Below are positions 9,661-20,364 of a stretch of 64,000 nucleotides of DNA, piece by piece (the first letter of the stretch is position 1; each line of letters starts with the position of its first letter). Source of the stretch: Dehalococcoidia bacterium (GTDB lineage: Bacteria > Chloroflexota > Dehalococcoidia > UBA2979). The position numbers and the translations under genes were made by a program. Below the pieces are notes generated by a model. That model was not told the origin of the DNA and searched no databases. It saw only the letters and a list, made by a program, of their open reading frames with translations. Location of the stretch: assembly GCA_963667465.2 (NCBI GenBank), contig CAXXDN010000001.1:64001-128000 (forward strand). Reading direction: 5' to 3'.

Positions 9661-10329
9661 TCAAACCCCGCCCAGCGTTGGCGCATCCAGCCCAGCGAAC
9701 GCCGCAATCGAGGGGAGGCGCACGTCCGGCGGCGCGCCCTCGGCGGCCTCGAGGGCGTACGGGCCTTGCTCCACCAGCACCGTAGTCACCACGTCGCCGA
9801 GGGCGGACTTCACGGCGGCGAGGATGCGCGGCTTGTCGTCGATCAGCGCGTAGTGGCGCGCCGGGTAGCGCGCGCGGATCGCCTCCAGCTCGTGCTCCTT
9901 GTGCTCGAAGATCAGCACCCGGCCTTCGAAGGCAGCATCGAGGCCGGAGGTGCGGATCTTGTGGCGCTGGTAGCGCTCGTCGCCGTCCGAGGCGATCACC
10001 GGCAGGCCGAGACCGCCCGCGTGCGCGACGGCCGCGAGCGCGCCGGGGAACAGGCAGCCCGCGTAGTCGAAGCCCCACACCGCAGCGGCGACCTGCTCGC
10101 CGAGGGCCGCAGCGCCCGCCTCGCGGCCGGAGCGCTCGATCGTCTGCGGCAGGTCGGCGTAGCCGAGCTCGGAGCGGACCGCCTCGTACGCCTGCCAGAA
10201 GCGCCGCGCGCCCTCAACTCCGGCGACCGCCTGGATCCTCGCGTCCAGTCCGGCCTTCAGCGCCGCACCGTCGATCAGCGTGTGGTCGACGTCGAAGAGC
10301 AGGACGAGGTCCGACGAGGACGCAGCCAC
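9661..10329 (-). CDS. HAD-superfamily hydrolase
   Basis: FDVDHTL motif I, SDG motif II and LIDDK motif IV. Confidence 0.85.
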   Translation of the reverse strand: MAASSSDLVLLFDVDHTLIDGAALKAGLDARIQAVAGVEGARRFWQAYEAVRSELGYADLPQTIERSGREAGAAALGEQVAAAVWGFDYAGCLFPGALAAVAHAGGLGLPVIASDGDERYQRHKIRTSGLDAAFEGRVLIFEHKEHELEAIRARYPARHYALIDDKPRILAAVKSALGDVVTTVLVEQGPYALEAAEGAPPDVRLPSIAAFAGLDAPTLGGV

Positions 10330-10360
10330 CGGGGACTCCCCTCGCGCCGCCCGCCGCGCG

Positions 10361-11614
10361 TCAGGCCGCGAGCGTGTTCTTGTGCGCGCGGCCGCCCTGC
10401 ATGATCACCCGCAGCCGCTCCGTGTCCTGCAGCAGCGTGATGTCCTCGAGCGGATCGCCGTCGACGACGATCAGGTCGGCGAGCTTGCCTGCCTCGAGGG
10501 TTCCGATCTCGTCCGCCATGTGGATGCACTCGGAGGCGGTCTTCGTCGTCGCGACGATCGACTCCATGGGCGTCATGCCGTGCTGCGTCATCAGCTCCAG
10601 TTCCCACGCGTTCGTGCCGTGGACGCCGACTCCCGCATCGGTGCCCATCGCGATCCGCACGCCCGCCTCGTGGGCCGCGCGGAAGCTCTCCGCGTTCGCG
10701 TCGATCACCTCGCAGGCCTTGCGCAGCGACTGCGGCAGCACGGACTCCGGGGTCGCCTCTTCGCGCAGCACGATGCTGCGAGGCGCGTGAATCGTCGGGA
10801 CCAGGAAGGCGCCACGCTCGATCATCATTGCGATCGCCTCGTCGTCGAGGTAGAAGCCGTGCTCGATCGACTCGACGCCGGCGCGGACGGCGTTCTTGAT
10901 GCCCGCGGTCGCCTGCGCGTGCGCCATGCAGGTCTTTCCGACCATGCGCGCCTCGTAGACCATCACGGCGATCTCTTCCTCGGTGAACTGCGGCGAGCCC
11001 GGCTCGTCCGAGGGTGACATGACGCCGCCGGTGGCGTGCAGCTTGATGAAGTCCGCGCCGAGGCGGAGCACGCCGCGCACGGTCTTGCGCACCTCGTCCG
11101 GGCCGTCGCAGATCGTCTCGATCCACTCCGGACCCCACTGCCGCCAGAAGCGCACGCCGCTCGGCAGCACCCCGTCGCCGTGCCCACCCGTCTGCGAGAG
11201 CGCCCCAACGGCGATCTTCATGCGCGGCCCCGGAATCAGCCCGCGCTCGATCGCGAGCTTGAAGCCGGCCGGCGATCCGGACGCCTCGCGCACCGCGGTG
11301 AACCCCGCGTCGAGGGTGGCGAGCGCGTTCTGCGCCGCCTCGAACGTCGCGAGGGTCGGCGGCGTCAGCGCTCGCTGCTGCATCGACTTCCACGAGCTGT
11401 AGAAGTGCACGTGCGAGTCGATCAGCCCCGGCAGCAGCGTCGCTCCCGAGGCGTCGATCACCTCCGCGTCCTGCGGCAGCGTGTCGAGGCGGCCGGCGCA
11501 CGCGATTCGGCCGTCCTCGATCACCAGGCTCGCGCCCGGGACGGGGTCGGCGCCCGTACCATCGATCAGCGTGACGCCGGTGATGGCGAGCGTGCCGGCA
11601 GCGGGGGCAGTCAC
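10361..11614 (-). CDS. Metal-dependent amidohydrolase (prolidase-like subgroup)
   Basis: PGLIDSHVH, GADFIK, IEHG, MGTDAG and GKLADL motifs. Confidence 0.9.
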   Translation of the reverse strand: MTAPAAGTLAITGVTLIDGTGADPVPGASLVIEDGRIACAGRLDTLPQDAEVIDASGATLLPGLIDSHVHFYSSWKSMQQRALTPPTLATFEAAQNALATLDAGFTAVREASGSPAGFKLAIERGLIPGPRMKIAVGALSQTGGHGDGVLPSGVRFWRQWGPEWIETICDGPDEVRKTVRGVLRLGADFIKLHATGGVMSPSDEPGSPQFTEEEIAVMVYEARMVGKTCMAHAQATAGIKNAVRAGVESIEHGFYLDDEAIAMMIERGAFLVPTIHAPRSIVLREEATPESVLPQSLRKACEVIDANAESFRAAHEAGVRIAMGTDAGVGVHGTNAWELELMTQHGMTPMESIVATTKTASECIHMADEIGTLEAGKLADLIVVDGDPLEDITLLQDTERLRVIMQGGRAHKNTLAA

Positions 11615-11994
11615 GCGTCGACGCCCTGGTCGCGCAGCACCTGCTTGGCGATGCGCATCGCCTCGAGCGCGGCGGGCGCCCCGCAGTAGACCGCGACCTG
11701 CCGGATCACCTCGGAGATCTCCGTTGGCGTGAGGCCGTTGCCGAGGCCCGCGCGGATGTGCGTCGTCAGCTCCGTCGTCTTGCCGAGCGCGGCGAGCATC
11801 CCGAGGTTGAGCAGGCTGCGGTCGCGACGGCTGAGCCCGTCGCGCGTCCAGACCTGGCCCCAGGCGACCGCGGTCACGAACTCCTGGAACTCGCGATCGA
11901 AGTCCGTGACGCCCTCGAACGCGCGGTCCACGTACTCGTCGCCCAGCACCTCGCGGCGAACCTTGAGGCCTTCCTCGAACCCATCCAGCGGCAT
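11611..11994 (-). CDS. Carboxymuconolactone decarboxylase family protein
   Basis: RREVLG...AWGQVWTRDGLSRRDRSL...AVYCGAPAA. Confidence 0.9.
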   Translation of the reverse strand: MPLDGFEEGLKVRREVLGDEYVDRAFEGVTDFDREFQEFVTAVAWGQVWTRDGLSRRDRSLLNLGMLAALGKTTELTTHIRAGLGNGLTPTEISEVIRQVAVYCGAPAALEAMRIAKQVLRDQGVDA

Positions 11995-12100
11995 GTCAGC
12001 CCCTTCCCGCATCCAGTTCCGAAGTCGCCCGAATCATACGGCGCACCGCCGCAGGAACGAGGAGCGGCTACGATGCCCCTCACGAGCAGAGGAGCGAGCC

Positions 12101-13042
12101 ATGGCGACGATCCCGACACTGCGCGGCGAGCTCGAGCCGAGCGCCCTCGGCTTCACATTGATGCACGAGCACCTCTTCCTCCAGACGCCGGCGCTCTACG
12201 ACAACTACCCGCAGCTCTTCGACCGCACGGCCGAGGTCACCGCCGCCGCGGAATTCTGCGAGGAGGCGCGCGCGGCCGGCGTCGCCACGATCGTCGACGT
12301 CACGACCGTGGACCTCGGGCGCGACATCCGCCTGATGGCCGCGGTCGCCGAGCGCACGGAGCTGCAAGTGATCGCCGCCACGGGCGTGCACCTCAGGGTG
12401 CCGAACTACTTCCGCCGCAGGACACCCGACCCCGTCGTCGAGCTCTACCTGCACGACATCAACGTCGGCATCGCCGGCACCTCGATCCGCGCCGGCGCGC
12501 TCAAGATCGCCACCGAGGAGTACGAACCGGACGATGAGTTGCAGCTACGCGCTATCGCCCTCGCGCACCGCGCCAGCGGCGTCCCGATCATGACGCACAG
12601 CAACCCCTTCGCCGGCTCGGGCAACGACCAGCAGCGCGTCTTCGCCGCCGAGGGCGTCGACCTCGCGCGCGTCGTGGTCGGCCACTCCGGCGACTCGACG
12701 GACTTCCACTACCTGAGCGGGCTGATGGAGCGTGGCAGCACGATCGGGATGGACCGCTTCGGGTCCGGCCTCAACGCGACCACCGAGGAGCGGATCGACA
12801 CGATCGCGAAGCTCTGCGCACGCGGCTACGCCGACCGCATGGTGCTCAGCCACGACACCTCGCCGCACATGCAGGGCGTGCCGCGCGAGATCCTCGACCG
12901 CGCGCTGCCCGAGGCGAACTTCCTGACGATTCCGAAGATCGTGGTCCCCGGCCTGCGCAACCGCGGCGTCCCCGATGAGCAGATCGAGGCAATGACCACC
13001 GGCAACCCGCGCCGCATCTTCGAGGCGCAGGGCGCCTACTGA
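12101..13042 (+). CDS. Phosphotriesterase-related protein
   Basis: TLMHEHL, DLGRD, THS, GHSGD, DRFG, LSHD and NPRR motifs; GAGGAG RBS. Confidence 0.9.
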   Translation: MATIPTLRGELEPSALGFTLMHEHLFLQTPALYDNYPQLFDRTAEVTAAAEFCEEARAAGVATIVDVTTVDLGRDIRLMAAVAERTELQVIAATGVHLRVPNYFRRRTPDPVVELYLHDINVGIAGTSIRAGALKIATEEYEPDDELQLRAIALAHRASGVPIMTHSNPFAGSGNDQQRVFAAEGVDLARVVVGHSGDSTDFHYLSGLMERGSTIGMDRFGSGLNATTEERIDTIAKLCARGYADRMVLSHDTSPHMQGVPREILDRALPEANFLTIPKIVVPGLRNRGVPDEQIEAMTTGNPRRIFEAQGAY

Positions 13043-13071
13043 GCCGGGCTGTCCCGTGTCCTCAGAAGCCG

Positions 13072-13126
13072 CTCTCCCACCGACTCTCCCACCACCAGGG
13101 GAGAGGGATAGGCTGAGGGGGGAGGG
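13072..13126. repeat. REP-like palindromic element (CTCTCCC...GGGAGAG family)
   Basis: Shares its core with elements at 17712, 49949, 56633 and 57476. Confidence 0.55.
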
Positions 13127-13138
13127 AAGGAGCACGCC

Positions 13139-13462
13139 GTGTTCGTTGCGATGAACCGCTTTGTCGTCGTGCCCGGCCAGGAAGAGGCCTTCGAGGCGCG
13201 CTGGCGCGATCGCGAGACGTACCTCGGCGACGTGCCCGGCTTCGTGCGCTTCGCGCTGCTGTGCAGCGACCGCCAGGGCGAGTACCTGAGCCACAGCACC
13301 TGGGAGTCGCGCGAGGCCTTCGACGCCTGGACGCGCAGCGAGGCGTTCACGCTCGGCCACCGCCAGGGCTCGCTCCAGGGCATCCTCGCCGAGCACCCGG
13401 AGGTCTCGCTCTACGAGGGACTGTTCACTCAGGAGCAGGGCGAGCGCCGGACAAGCAGCTGA
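13139..13462 (+). CDS. ABM-family monooxygenase (HmoA/heme-degrading-like)
   Basis: MFVAMNRF, VPGFVRFALL and WESREAFDAWTRSEAF..GH. Confidence 0.85.
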   Translation: MFVAMNRFVVVPGQEEAFEARWRDRETYLGDVPGFVRFALLCSDRQGEYLSHSTWESREAFDAWTRSEAFTLGHRQGSLQGILAEHPEVSLYEGLFTQEQGERRTSS

Positions 13463-13555
13463 GGCCCGCGCCTGACCTCACCCGCCCTCGCATGCGCCGC
13501 GAGTGCGTTAGCATGAGGCGCGCAGCCGCCGGGAGGACGCTCGAGGAGGATTGCG

Positions 13556-14734
<1,179 letters not shown>

Positions 14735-14752
14735 CGAGCTTCTCAGCCGCCG

Positions 14753-16126
14753 TCAGCGCGCCGCGTCGCGCTCCTTGAGGCGCGCGACCTGCGCGTCGAT
14801 CGCCTCGCGGAAGTCCGCGTCGATGCGCAGGATCGAGCCCTGCTCGATGTAGCGCTCGAAGGGGATCGGCGTCATCTCGCGCGCCGCCGGGCTCATCCAG
14901 GCCACGGGTTCACCTCTCGTGACCCCCCGTTCGGCGAGCCCGGCCAGTTCCTCGTCGCCGAGGCCCAGCACCTCACGCAGCACGTCGTCCGTGTGCTCGC
15001 CGAGCTTCGGCGCGCGGCCGGCTGCGCCGACACCTTCGCCGTCGACGCGCGCGCTGAAGTAGCGCTCGACCGGGATCTCGCCAACGTCGGCGATCTCAAC
15101 CGGATCGAAGAACTCGCGCGCCTCGAGCTGCTCGTCGGCGAGCACCTCGTCGGCGGCGAGCACGGGCGCGGCGGGCACGCCTGCCTCCTGCAGTAGCCGC
15201 GCCGCCTCGAACTTCGAGCGGCTCGCTGCCCACTCGGCGAGCCCCTCGTCGAGGGCGTCGTGCTGCTCGTAGCGGCCCGCGGCCGAGGCGAAGCGCGAGT
15301 CCTCCAGCCACTCCGGGTGACCGACGGCGTGGCAGCAGGCCTGCCATTCGGCCACGTCGCGAACGGAGATCGCCAGCCAGGCGTCCACGCCGGCGCACTC
15401 GTAGTAGCCGCGCACCATGCCCTCGCGGCGCGGGTTGTTGGGGCCGTGGAGGCGTCCGTGCTGCTGGTACTCGGCGACGCGTGCGGCCAGCATCGGGACC
15501 GCCGCTTCCTGCATCGCGACCTCGACGTGCTGGCCCTCGCCGCTGCGGGCGCGGTGGATCAGCGCGGCGATCGCGCCGCCCGTGCCCTGGAAGCCTCCGT
15601 AGTGGTCGATCCAGGTCTGCCCCGTCTTCATCGGCCCGACGCCGCGGTAGCCGGTCAGCGCCGAGACGCCCGAGGCCGGCTCCATGCTCATGCCGTAGGC
15701 GGCGCGGTGCGCGTGCGGGCCCGTCTGCCCGTAGCCGGAGAGCGAGCACATGATGATCGAGGCGTTGTGCTCGCGCAGCGAGGCGTAGTCGAGGCCGAGC
15801 CGTTCCATCACCCCCGGCGTGAAGTTCTCGACGACCATGTCCGCCGCGCGGACCAGGCGCAGGAACAGCTCCTTGCCCTCGGGATCGCGCAGGTTGATCT
15901 GGATCGCGCGTTTGCCGGCGTTGCGCTTCGTGAAGTACGGGCTGTGGTGCCAGTACTCGCCGCTGGTGTCGTTGTCGGTGACGAAGCCGACGCGGGTGTT
16001 GTCCGGGTGCGAGGCGTGCTCGATCTTGATCACGTCCGCCCCGAAATCGGCGAGCACGCGCGTCACCAGCGGCCCGATCCAGACGTGGGTGAGGTCGAGC
16101 ACGCGCAGGCCCTCGAAGAAGCGCAT
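14753..16126 (-). CDS. Family III CoA-transferase
   Basis: LADFGADVIKIE, NAGKR, ENFTPG and catalytic D in WIDHYGG. Confidence 0.9.
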   Translation of the reverse strand: MRFFEGLRVLDLTHVWIGPLVTRVLADFGADVIKIEHASHPDNTRVGFVTDNDTSGEYWHHSPYFTKRNAGKRAIQINLRDPEGKELFLRLVRAADMVVENFTPGVMERLGLDYASLREHNASIIMCSLSGYGQTGPHAHRAAYGMSMEPASGVSALTGYRGVGPMKTGQTWIDHYGGFQGTGGAIAALIHRARSGEGQHVEVAMQEAAVPMLAARVAEYQQHGRLHGPNNPRREGMVRGYYECAGVDAWLAISVRDVAEWQACCHAVGHPEWLEDSRFASAAGRYEQHDALDEGLAEWAASRSKFEAARLLQEAGVPAAPVLAADEVLADEQLEAREFFDPVEIADVGEIPVERYFSARVDGEGVGAAGRAPKLGEHTDDVLREVLGLGDEELAGLAERGVTRGEPVAWMSPAAREMTPIPFERYIEQGSILRIDADFREAIDAQVARLKERDAAR

Positions 16127-16127
16127 C

Positions 16128-17303
16128 TCAGGCCTCCCCGTCCGAGGCGTCGAGGTCCTCGACGCTCGTCGAGCCGAGCGCGGGCGCCGGCTGCCCGGCG
16201 AGCAGCGGGCTGGCGGGGAGGCGCAGCGGCGGGCCAATCACGGACTCGCCGTCCGGGCCCTCGATCCAGAAGCCGCGCTCGTGCAGGTGCTCGTCCGCCA
16301 GCAGGTCGGCGACGCTCGGCACGGCGGCGAAGGCGAGATGCAGCTCGTCCGAGCGTTGCAGCAACTCCGCCGGGGTGTGCTCCAGCAGATAGGGGTCGAG
16401 GATCGCGTTGAGATCGCGCCAGCGCATGACGCGCTCGCGGCGATCGTTGAGCAACGGGTCGGCGGCGGCCTCGGGGCGTCCGATCAGCTCCGCGACCCGA
16501 TCGGGGAACGCGCCCTGCGGCGTGACGAAGGCGATATGGCCGTCCTTGCAGGCCATGATGTCCGAGGGGTAGCTGACCAGCACCCGCGAGTAGTAGCGCT
16601 TTCGGAGCGCCCCCGTCCCGACGTAGATCGAGAGGCTGTGGTCGTCCGAGGAGGCGAGCACCTCGTGCGCCGAGACGTCGATCAAGCCGGGCCGCTCGCC
16701 GACGCTCGCCTGCGCGAGCGCGGTGAGCGAGGCGATCCAGCCCATCAGCCCCGCGAAGTAGTCGGCGACGTCGACGCCGAGCGCGAGCGGCTCGCGGTCC
16801 GGCTCGCCGCTGACGTAGGTGATGCCGGAGAGCGCCTCGTGGATTAGCGAGTCCGCCCGCCAGCCGACGCGTGGCCCGGTCATCCCGAAGTCGCTGATCG
16901 AGACGCAGGTGGTCTCCGGGAAGCGCTCGCGCAGCGCGCCGGCGTCGCCGAAGGGCAGCAGGCCGCTCTCACGCCAGTCGCCGACGAGCAGGTCGCTGCC
17001 GGCGATCAGCCCGGCAGCGAGGGCGACGCCCTCCTCGGCGCCGAGATCGAGCACGACGCTGCGCTTGCCGCCGTTGAGGTAGCGGTGCAGGCCGCCGCTG
17101 TCGAGGTCCGGCGAACCCTCCGCCTCGCCCTCGGGGAAGGGTCCGGCGAGGCGCACCGCGTCGCCTCCGGGCGGCTCGATGCGAATCACCTCGGCGCCGA
17201 GCTGTCCGAGCAGTTGCGTGGCGTACGCGACGGCCACGCCTGAGGCGAGCTCGACCACGCGGACATCGGGCAGGACGGAGGGCGCGGGTTGCGTAGCCGT
17301 CAT
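16128..17303 (-). CDS. Family III CoA-transferase (partner subunit)
   Basis: LGAEVIRIEPPGGD, NGGKRSVVLD and VADYFAG. Confidence 0.9.
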   Translation of the reverse strand: MTATQPAPSVLPDVRVVELASGVAVAYATQLLGQLGAEVIRIEPPGGDAVRLAGPFPEGEAEGSPDLDSGGLHRYLNGGKRSVVLDLGAEEGVALAAGLIAGSDLLVGDWRESGLLPFGDAGALRERFPETTCVSISDFGMTGPRVGWRADSLIHEALSGITYVSGEPDREPLALGVDVADYFAGLMGWIASLTALAQASVGERPGLIDVSAHEVLASSDDHSLSIYVGTGALRKRYYSRVLVSYPSDIMACKDGHIAFVTPQGAFPDRVAELIGRPEAAADPLLNDRRERVMRWRDLNAILDPYLLEHTPAELLQRSDELHLAFAAVPSVADLLADEHLHERGFWIEGPDGESVIGPPLRLPASPLLAGQPAPALGSTSVEDLDASDGEA

Positions 17304-17419
17304 CGGCGCTCCCGGCAGTCACTCCCCGCCGCGTGGGCGGGGCCGCGATGATGGTCACGCCTCGCCGGGCTCGTCAAACCGCGGCCTCGAGGCTGACCGG
17401 TTCGCCGGCGGCTGCCGCA

Positions 17420-17617
17420 TCAGGGAGCCGCGTGCTGCTCTTGCCCACTTCGCCGCGTGCGGGCGATCGCGCCGCGAGCGTGGACCCCGGCGACAGCGAC
17501 AAGCCCGGCGGCGTGGACGCCGCCGATCGCGACGAAACAGACCGCGCTCACTCCGCCGAAGGCAATGCTGTTCGCCGCGTTGACCGGGCGCGCTGTCAGC
17601 CAGGTCGGACGTGCCAC
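17420..17617 (-). CDS. Possible small hydrophobic 11-aa-repeat protein or remnant
   Basis: SIAFGGVSAVC / FVAIGGVHAAG / LVAVAGVHARG periodicity. Confidence 0.3.
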   Translation of the reverse strand: MARPTWLTARPVNAANSIAFGGVSAVCFVAIGGVHAAGLVAVAGVHARGAIARTRRSGQEQHAAP

Positions 17618-17711
17618 GTGGCTCCGGCACCACGGTAGGGTCGGCGGTCACAACGTCCGGCCGGTCTCGAAGGCTTCCCTTGTTGGGCGAGTCGCGTTGC
17701 TCCGGCGAGCG

Positions 17712-17810
17712 CCTTCACCCCCGCCTCTCCCGCGGCGAGAGGGAGCCGGACAAGCGAGGGGCCGGACGAGCAGGGCCGGACGAGCGAGGGCCGGACAAGC
17801 GAGCGGGCCG
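17712..17810. repeat. REP-like element followed by 4 imperfect ~15-bp tandem repeats (gccggacRagc core)
   Basis: Directly visible; gagagggagccggac is shared with the 80-bp unit at 56633. Confidence 0.7.
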
Positions 17811-17870
17811 CCCAGCTCCAGCTGTGGCGGCCCGCTGCGTTGTTGCTTCCGCGCGGACGCGCGCCCGCGG

Positions 17871-20162
17871 CTACTCCTCCGGCTGCAACTGCTCCAGCAG
17901 CGACCGTGGCGAAGCCGGGAGCGAGGTGATGCGCAGGTCGGTGGCGTCGTGGATCGCGTTCGCGATCGCGGCCAGCGGCGGCACAATCGGCACCTCGCCC
18001 ACGCCGCGCACGCCGTAGGGGTGCCCGGGGTTCGGGACCTCGACGAGGATCGTCTCGATCTCCGGCAGGTCGAGCGCCGTCGGCATGCGGTAGTCGAGCA
18101 GGCTGGAGTTCGCCATGCTCCCATCGTCGCGGTAGTAGTACTCCTCGGTCAGCGCCATGCCCGCGCCCTGCGCGGCCCCGCCCTGGATCTGCCCCTCGAC
18201 ATACGAGGGGTGGATGGCGGTGCCCACGTCCTGCACGGCCGTGTAGCGCAGCACGTCCACCTTGCCCGTCTCCGGGTCCACCTCGACGTCCACGATGTGG
18301 CAGCCGAAGGCGGCCCCGACGGTAGTGGGCGCCACGTCGGCGCGGCCCTGGATCATCCCGCCGCTGCCGCCGAGCTTCCCGCAGATCTCGTTGAAGGTCA
18401 GCGAGCGGGCCTCGCCGTCATCGCCGGCGGGGCCGCGGATCACCGCGTCGTCGCCATAGCTGACCGAGTCGCGGTCGACCTCCCAGATCTGGGCTGCGCG
18501 CTCCTCGAGCTGGCGGCGGATGTCCATCGCCGCCTCGTAGACCGCCCAGCCGGTGGCGAAGGTGGTGCGGCTGCCGCCGGTGACGCCGTTGAAGCCGACC
18601 GAGTCGGTGTCGACGACCAGCGGCTTCACCTGCTCGTAGCTGATGCCGAGCGCTTCAGCGAACTGCATCGCCTGCGCCGCGCGCTGCCCGCCGATGTCGA
18701 CCGAGCCGAGCACGAGGCTGGCCGTGCCGTCGGCGTTCAGCGAGCCGTACGCGCTCGACTCGAGGCCGGCGTTGTGCCAGAAGCCCATCGAGACGCCGCG
18801 GCCCTGGTTCTTGCCCTGCAGCTCGGAGCGGTAGTGCGGGCTCTCCATCGCCGCCCGCATCACCTCCTCGGAGCCGATGCGGCCCTGCGCGACGCCATCG
18901 ACGCGGCGCGAGCCCTGGGTGGCGGCGTTCTTGAGCCGCAGTTCCATCCCGTCCACCTCGAGGCGCTCCGCCAGCTCGTCGATCAGCGACTCGACGGCGT
19001 AGGTGCCCTGCGGCGAGCCGGGGGCGCGGTAGGCGGAGACCTTCGGCTTGTTCGTCACCACATCGTAGGCGTCGGTGATCAGGTTCGGGATGTCGTACGA
19101 GGAGAACATGCAGCCCGCGCCGGCGCCGACGGGGGAGCCGGGGAAGGCCCCGGCCTCGTAGGCGAGGTAGGCCTCGCCGGCGACGATCGTGCCGTCGCGC
19201 TTGGCGCCGATCTTGCAGCGCACGTAGGTGGCGGAGGTCGGCCCGGTGCCGATCAGCACCTCCTCGCGCGTCATGATCATCTTGACCGGGCGGCCGGTCT
19301 TCTTCGAGAGGATGGCCGCCATCGGCTCCATGTAGGTGTTGATCTTGCCACCGAAGCCGCCGCCGATCTCCATCGGCACAACCTTGACCCTGGAGACCGG
19401 CACGTCGCACAGCTTGGCGACCTGGATGCGCACGGCGAACGGGCCCTGCGTGCTGACCCAGACCGTGATCTCGCCGTCCTTGTTCCAGAACGCGGTGCCG
19501 TTGTGCGGCTCGATGTAGCCTTGGTGCGCCGTCGAGGTCTCGAACTCGCGCTCGAGAATGATGTCCGCGTCGGCGAAGCCCTGCTCGACATCGCCCAGCT
19601 CGAAGCGCAGGTGGCTGGCGGTGTTCGAGTTGTCCTCGGAGCGGTTGTCGCTGGGCACGAAGCGCGCGGCCATCTCCGTGGTGCGCATGTGCTCGTGCAC
19701 CTGCGGCGCGCCGTCGGCCATCGCCTCGTGGACGCTCATCACCGGGTCGAGCGGCTCGTACTCCACCTCGATCAGCGCGAGCGCATCCTCGGCGATGTGC
19801 GGGTCCGTCGCGCAGACAGCGGCGACGGCGTGCCCGGCGTAGAGCGCCTTGTCCGAGGCGAGCACGTTGTCGCGAATGTATTTGAACGGCGCGAACGTCT
19901 CGCCGAGGTCGACGAGGTCGTCGCCGAGCCGCGGGAAGTCGTCGTTGGTGACGACGGCGTGCACGCCCTCGAGGGCGAGCGCCTTCGAGGCATCGATACT
20001 GACGATGCGGGCGTGCGCGTGCGGGCTGCGCAGCACGCGCCCGTAGAGCATGCGCGGCAGGCGGATGTCCGCGCCGTACTCGGCCCGTCCGGTGACCTTG
20101 TCCGCGCCGTCCGGGCGGACCGGTCGGGTGCCAATGACCTTGTTTCGCTCGGTCGCGACCAC
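17871..20162 (-). CDS. Xanthine dehydrogenase family molybdopterin-binding large subunit
   Basis: KVTGRAEY, RSPHAHARI, IGGGFGGK, AYRAPG, VEGQIQGG and RGVGEVP motifs; AAGGAG RBS before GTG 20162. Confidence 0.92.
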   Translation of the reverse strand: MVATERNKVIGTRPVRPDGADKVTGRAEYGADIRLPRMLYGRVLRSPHAHARIVSIDASKALALEGVHAVVTNDDFPRLGDDLVDLGETFAPFKYIRDNVLASDKALYAGHAVAAVCATDPHIAEDALALIEVEYEPLDPVMSVHEAMADGAPQVHEHMRTTEMAARFVPSDNRSEDNSNTASHLRFELGDVEQGFADADIILEREFETSTAHQGYIEPHNGTAFWNKDGEITVWVSTQGPFAVRIQVAKLCDVPVSRVKVVPMEIGGGFGGKINTYMEPMAAILSKKTGRPVKMIMTREEVLIGTGPTSATYVRCKIGAKRDGTIVAGEAYLAYEAGAFPGSPVGAGAGCMFSSYDIPNLITDAYDVVTNKPKVSAYRAPGSPQGTYAVESLIDELAERLEVDGMELRLKNAATQGSRRVDGVAQGRIGSEEVMRAAMESPHYRSELQGKNQGRGVSMGFWHNAGLESSAYGSLNADGTASLVLGSVDIGGQRAAQAMQFAEALGISYEQVKPLVVDTDSVGFNGVTGGSRTTFATGWAVYEAAMDIRRQLEERAAQIWEVDRDSVSYGDDAVIRGPAGDDGEARSLTFNEICGKLGGSGGMIQGRADVAPTTVGAAFGCHIVDVEVDPETGKVDVLRYTAVQDVGTAIHPSYVEGQIQGGAAQGAGMALTEEYYYRDDGSMANSSLLDYRMPTALDLPEIETILVEVPNPGHPYGVRGVGEVPIVPPLAAIANAIHDATDLRITSLPASPRSLLEQLQPEE

Positions 20163-20364
20163 GCCGTACTCCTTCACATAGCGCGCCTCGGGAGGCGCGT
20201 CGGTTGCCTGTTGCCGCGCATGATACCGCGCCTTGCGCCTGCGCGACGCTCTCGTGTCGCGCGCGACCGCTCGGTCCGGCTGGGTTGGGGCTCGACGCCG
20301 CACACCTATCGCAGCGGTTACATCTTCCGGTTGGCCGTTGCGGGCCCCCTGGCGCCGTGCCGGG

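Noticed and set aside
17871-20162. Aerobic CO dehydrogenase CoxL
   Set aside because: Active-site loop is AYRAPG, and no coxM/coxS are adjacent.
20163-20230. Moco riboswitch upstream of the molybdoenzyme (gcctcccg...gaaggag)
   Set aside because: The leader after the TATCAT -10 is too short for the multi-stem motif, and a simple gcgcctc/gaggcgc hairpin explains it. An Rfam scan would settle it.
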